Positions 55,213-56,907 of a stretch of DNA of 56,907 nucleotides are shown piece by piece (position 1 is the first letter of the stretch; every line of letters begins with the position of its first letter). The notes below the pieces were generated by a model, which made no database searches, was not told the origin of the DNA, and saw nothing but the letters and a program-made list of their open reading frames with translations. Origin of the DNA: Rhodopila sp. (lineage in GTDB: Bacteria; Pseudomonadota; Alphaproteobacteria; Acetobacterales; Acetobacteraceae); assembly GCA_036398735.1 (NCBI GenBank), contig DASWON010000221.1, positions 1-56,907 of the forward strand, read 5' to 3'. The position numbers were made by a program, and so were the translations under genes.

Positions 55213-56466
55213 ATGGACGCGCTGACCCGCGAGCCGGTCCGCAGTCGGACGGCATCCCGCCTGCGCCGCCTCGGCATGGTTGGGCTGTGCCTGCTCGTCG
55301 CGGCAGCCATCGTCTACGCGATCTGGTTCTTCCCGTCGGCTAACCGTCCGGTCAGTCAGCGCGACAGCGCGGCGGGCCAGCCGATTCCCGTGCTGACCGC
55401 CGACGCCGCGGCCAGGGACGTGCCGATCTACCTGGACGGGCTGGGAACCGTGCAAGCGTTCTACACTGTCACCATCAAGGCGATGGTCGACGGTCCGCTG
55501 ATGACGGTGAATTTCCGCGAGGGGCAGGACGTCCACAAGGGTGATGTGCTGGCCCAGATCGACCCGCGGACCTATCAGGCCGCACTCGACAGCGCGGTCG
55601 CCAAAAAGGCGCAGGATCAGGCGCAACTCGCGAATGCCCGGGCGGATCTGGCTCGCTATCAGAAGCTGGTGGCGAACAACTACACGTCGGCGCAGCAGGC
55701 CGACACCGCCAAGGCGCAGGTCGCCCAGTTCGAGGCCCTGGTGCAGCAGGACCAGGCCCAGATCGACACCGCCCGAACGCAGCTGAGCTACACCACCATC
55801 ACCGCGCCGATCGATGGGCGCACCGGCATGCGACAGGTCGATCCCGGCAACATCGTGCGCGCGGCGGACACGACGGGGCTGGTGGTGATCACCCAGCTGG
55901 AACCAATCGCGGTGGTGTTCACGCTGCCGCAGCAGGCGCTGCCGGCGGTGGCCCGCGCCCTGGCGGAGGGCGATGCACCGGTGCTGGCACTGGCGCAGGA
56001 CGCGACCGGAGGTGCCGCGAAGGTGTTGGACACCGGCGTCCTGATGGTGCTGGACAATCAGGTCGATCAGACCACCGGCACGATCAAGCTGAAGGCGGTG
56101 TTCCCGAATGCCCGGCACCGCCTGTGGCCGGGTGGTTTCGTCAGTGTGCGGCTGCGCAGCGACACCGCGAAGGACGCCGTGGTGGTGCCGCCCTCAGCCG
56201 TCCAGCGCGGCCCGCGCGGACCCTACGTCTTCGTTGTCGGCAACGACGCGACGGTGCGCCGTCAGGCGGTGACGATCGGCTACGAGGACGAGCAGGAGTC
56301 GGTCGTCACCACCGGCCTGAAGGCTGGTGAGACGGTGGTGACGGACGGCGCATCACGATTGTCGGACGGCAGCAAGGTCACCGCGGCCAAGCCGGACGCC
56401 GGTGCGGCGCAAGGGCCGGTGCAGCCGACGGCGCCGGGCACCAGCCGGGATGCCCGTTCGAAGTAG
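55213..56466 (+). CDS. RND efflux membrane fusion protein (MdtA-like)
   Basis: N-terminal TM helix, GLGTVQA, EGQDVHKGDVLAQID, ITAPIDG, DNQVDQTTGT and LWPGGFV motifs. Confidence 0.92.
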   Translation: MDALTREPVRSRTASRLRRLGMVGLCLLVAAAIVYAIWFFPSANRPVSQRDSAAGQPIPVLTADAAARDVPIYLDGLGTVQAFYTVTIKAMVDGPLMTVNFREGQDVHKGDVLAQIDPRTYQAALDSAVAKKAQDQAQLANARADLARYQKLVANNYTSAQQADTAKAQVAQFEALVQQDQAQIDTARTQLSYTTITAPIDGRTGMRQVDPGNIVRAADTTGLVVITQLEPIAVVFTLPQQALPAVARALAEGDAPVLALAQDATGGAAKVLDTGVLMVLDNQVDQTTGTIKLKAVFPNARHRLWPGGFVSVRLRSDTAKDAVVVPPSAVQRGPRGPYVFVVGNDATVRRQAVTIGYEDEQESVVTTGLKAGETVVTDGASRLSDGSKVTAAKPDAGAAQGPVQPTAPGTSRDARSK

Positions 56467-56533
56467 CGATCGCCGGGCTGCCCCCTTTGTTCGCGTGCCT
56501 GCTCGCTCCGTGATGACACAAGGGCTCGCTGCC

Positions 56534-56603
56534 CGGCGGTTCCGGTCGACGACACACCGATTGGCTGCTTCGGCGGTTCCGGTCGATGACACACCGATTG
56601 GCT
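56534..56603. repeat. Tandem repeat with 37-bp period, two copies
   Basis: CGGCGGTTCCGGTCGA(C/T)GACACACCGATTGGCT starts at 56534 and 56571. Confidence 0.85.
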
Positions 56604-56739
56604 CCCCAGGGGTTCCCGTCCGCGTGGAAAACGCTCTTGGGGGGCGGGTGGAGTGCGGCGCGGCCGCGGCACGCTCTCGAGCCAGGTCCGAGGGCGTGCC
56701 TTCGCGGCTGCGGGACTGGGCCCGCCCCGTCGGCCGATC

Positions 56740-56907
56740 CTATCGTCGCCACCAGCCGCGCTTGCGCTCCGCCGGCGGCTCGCCGCTGGCGCCGATCAGG
56801 ATTGGCTTGATCAGGGGTTCGGGCGGCGGGGGTTCGGGTGCGGCCGCAACATCCGCCATCGTATCGTTCGCCGGGATCGGCGGGGACGCCACCGCCAGCT
56901 CCGACTG
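56740..56907 (-). CDS. rne: Probable 3' end of ribonuclease E (partial)
   Basis: Manual translation gives QSELAVASPPIPANDTMADVAAAPEPPPPEPLIKPILIGASGEPPAERKRGWWRR*. A disordered tail ending in the GWW motif is typical of alphaproteobacterial RNase E. Confidence 0.65.
   Translation of the reverse strand, partial: QSELAVASPPIPANDTMADVAAAPEPPPPEPLIKPILIGASGEPPAERKRGWWRR

Noticed and set aside
55169-55227. ATG overlapping the OMF stop as the MFP start
   Set aside because: It is out of frame with the MFP and closes after a short peptide; the ATG at 55213 was used instead.

Overview
High-GC alphaproteobacterial chromosome segment. Gene content and synteny point to a Rhodospirillales/Acetobacteraceae-like organism (inference). 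It is mostly housekeeping DNA: tcuA (partial), a split ThDP decarboxylase pair, a NadQ/NrtR-like regulator and a CinA/PncC protein, ruvC, yebC, ymdB, ygfA, 6S RNA, zapA, class I aldolase, thiE, tatBC-serS, gltBD, epmA, pyk, glycerate kinase, GapR, a Liv-type ABC operon with two binding proteins, an OMF-MFP efflux pair and the 3' end of rne. Two accessory stretches interrupt conserved gene order. One is about 2.5 kb between zapA and 6S RNA and carries a lone GspG-like pseudopilin. The other is about 11 kb between serS and gltD and carries orphan catabolic, transport and regulatory genes plus probable gene relics. The most notable signals are: (i) the lone pseudopilin, in which a C-terminal Cys pair appears to replace the Ca2+-binding loop; (ii) an in-frame amber codon in the OMF of an efflux operon that also lacks its inner-membrane pump; (iii) a perfect CtrA box upstream of a PAS-GGDEF gene; (iv) a dispersed REP-like palindromic repeat family; (v) two small membrane proteins not reported as such by the ORF track. 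I found no tRNA, rRNA, CRISPR array or intact transposase, and I cannot support a complete novel multi-gene system here.
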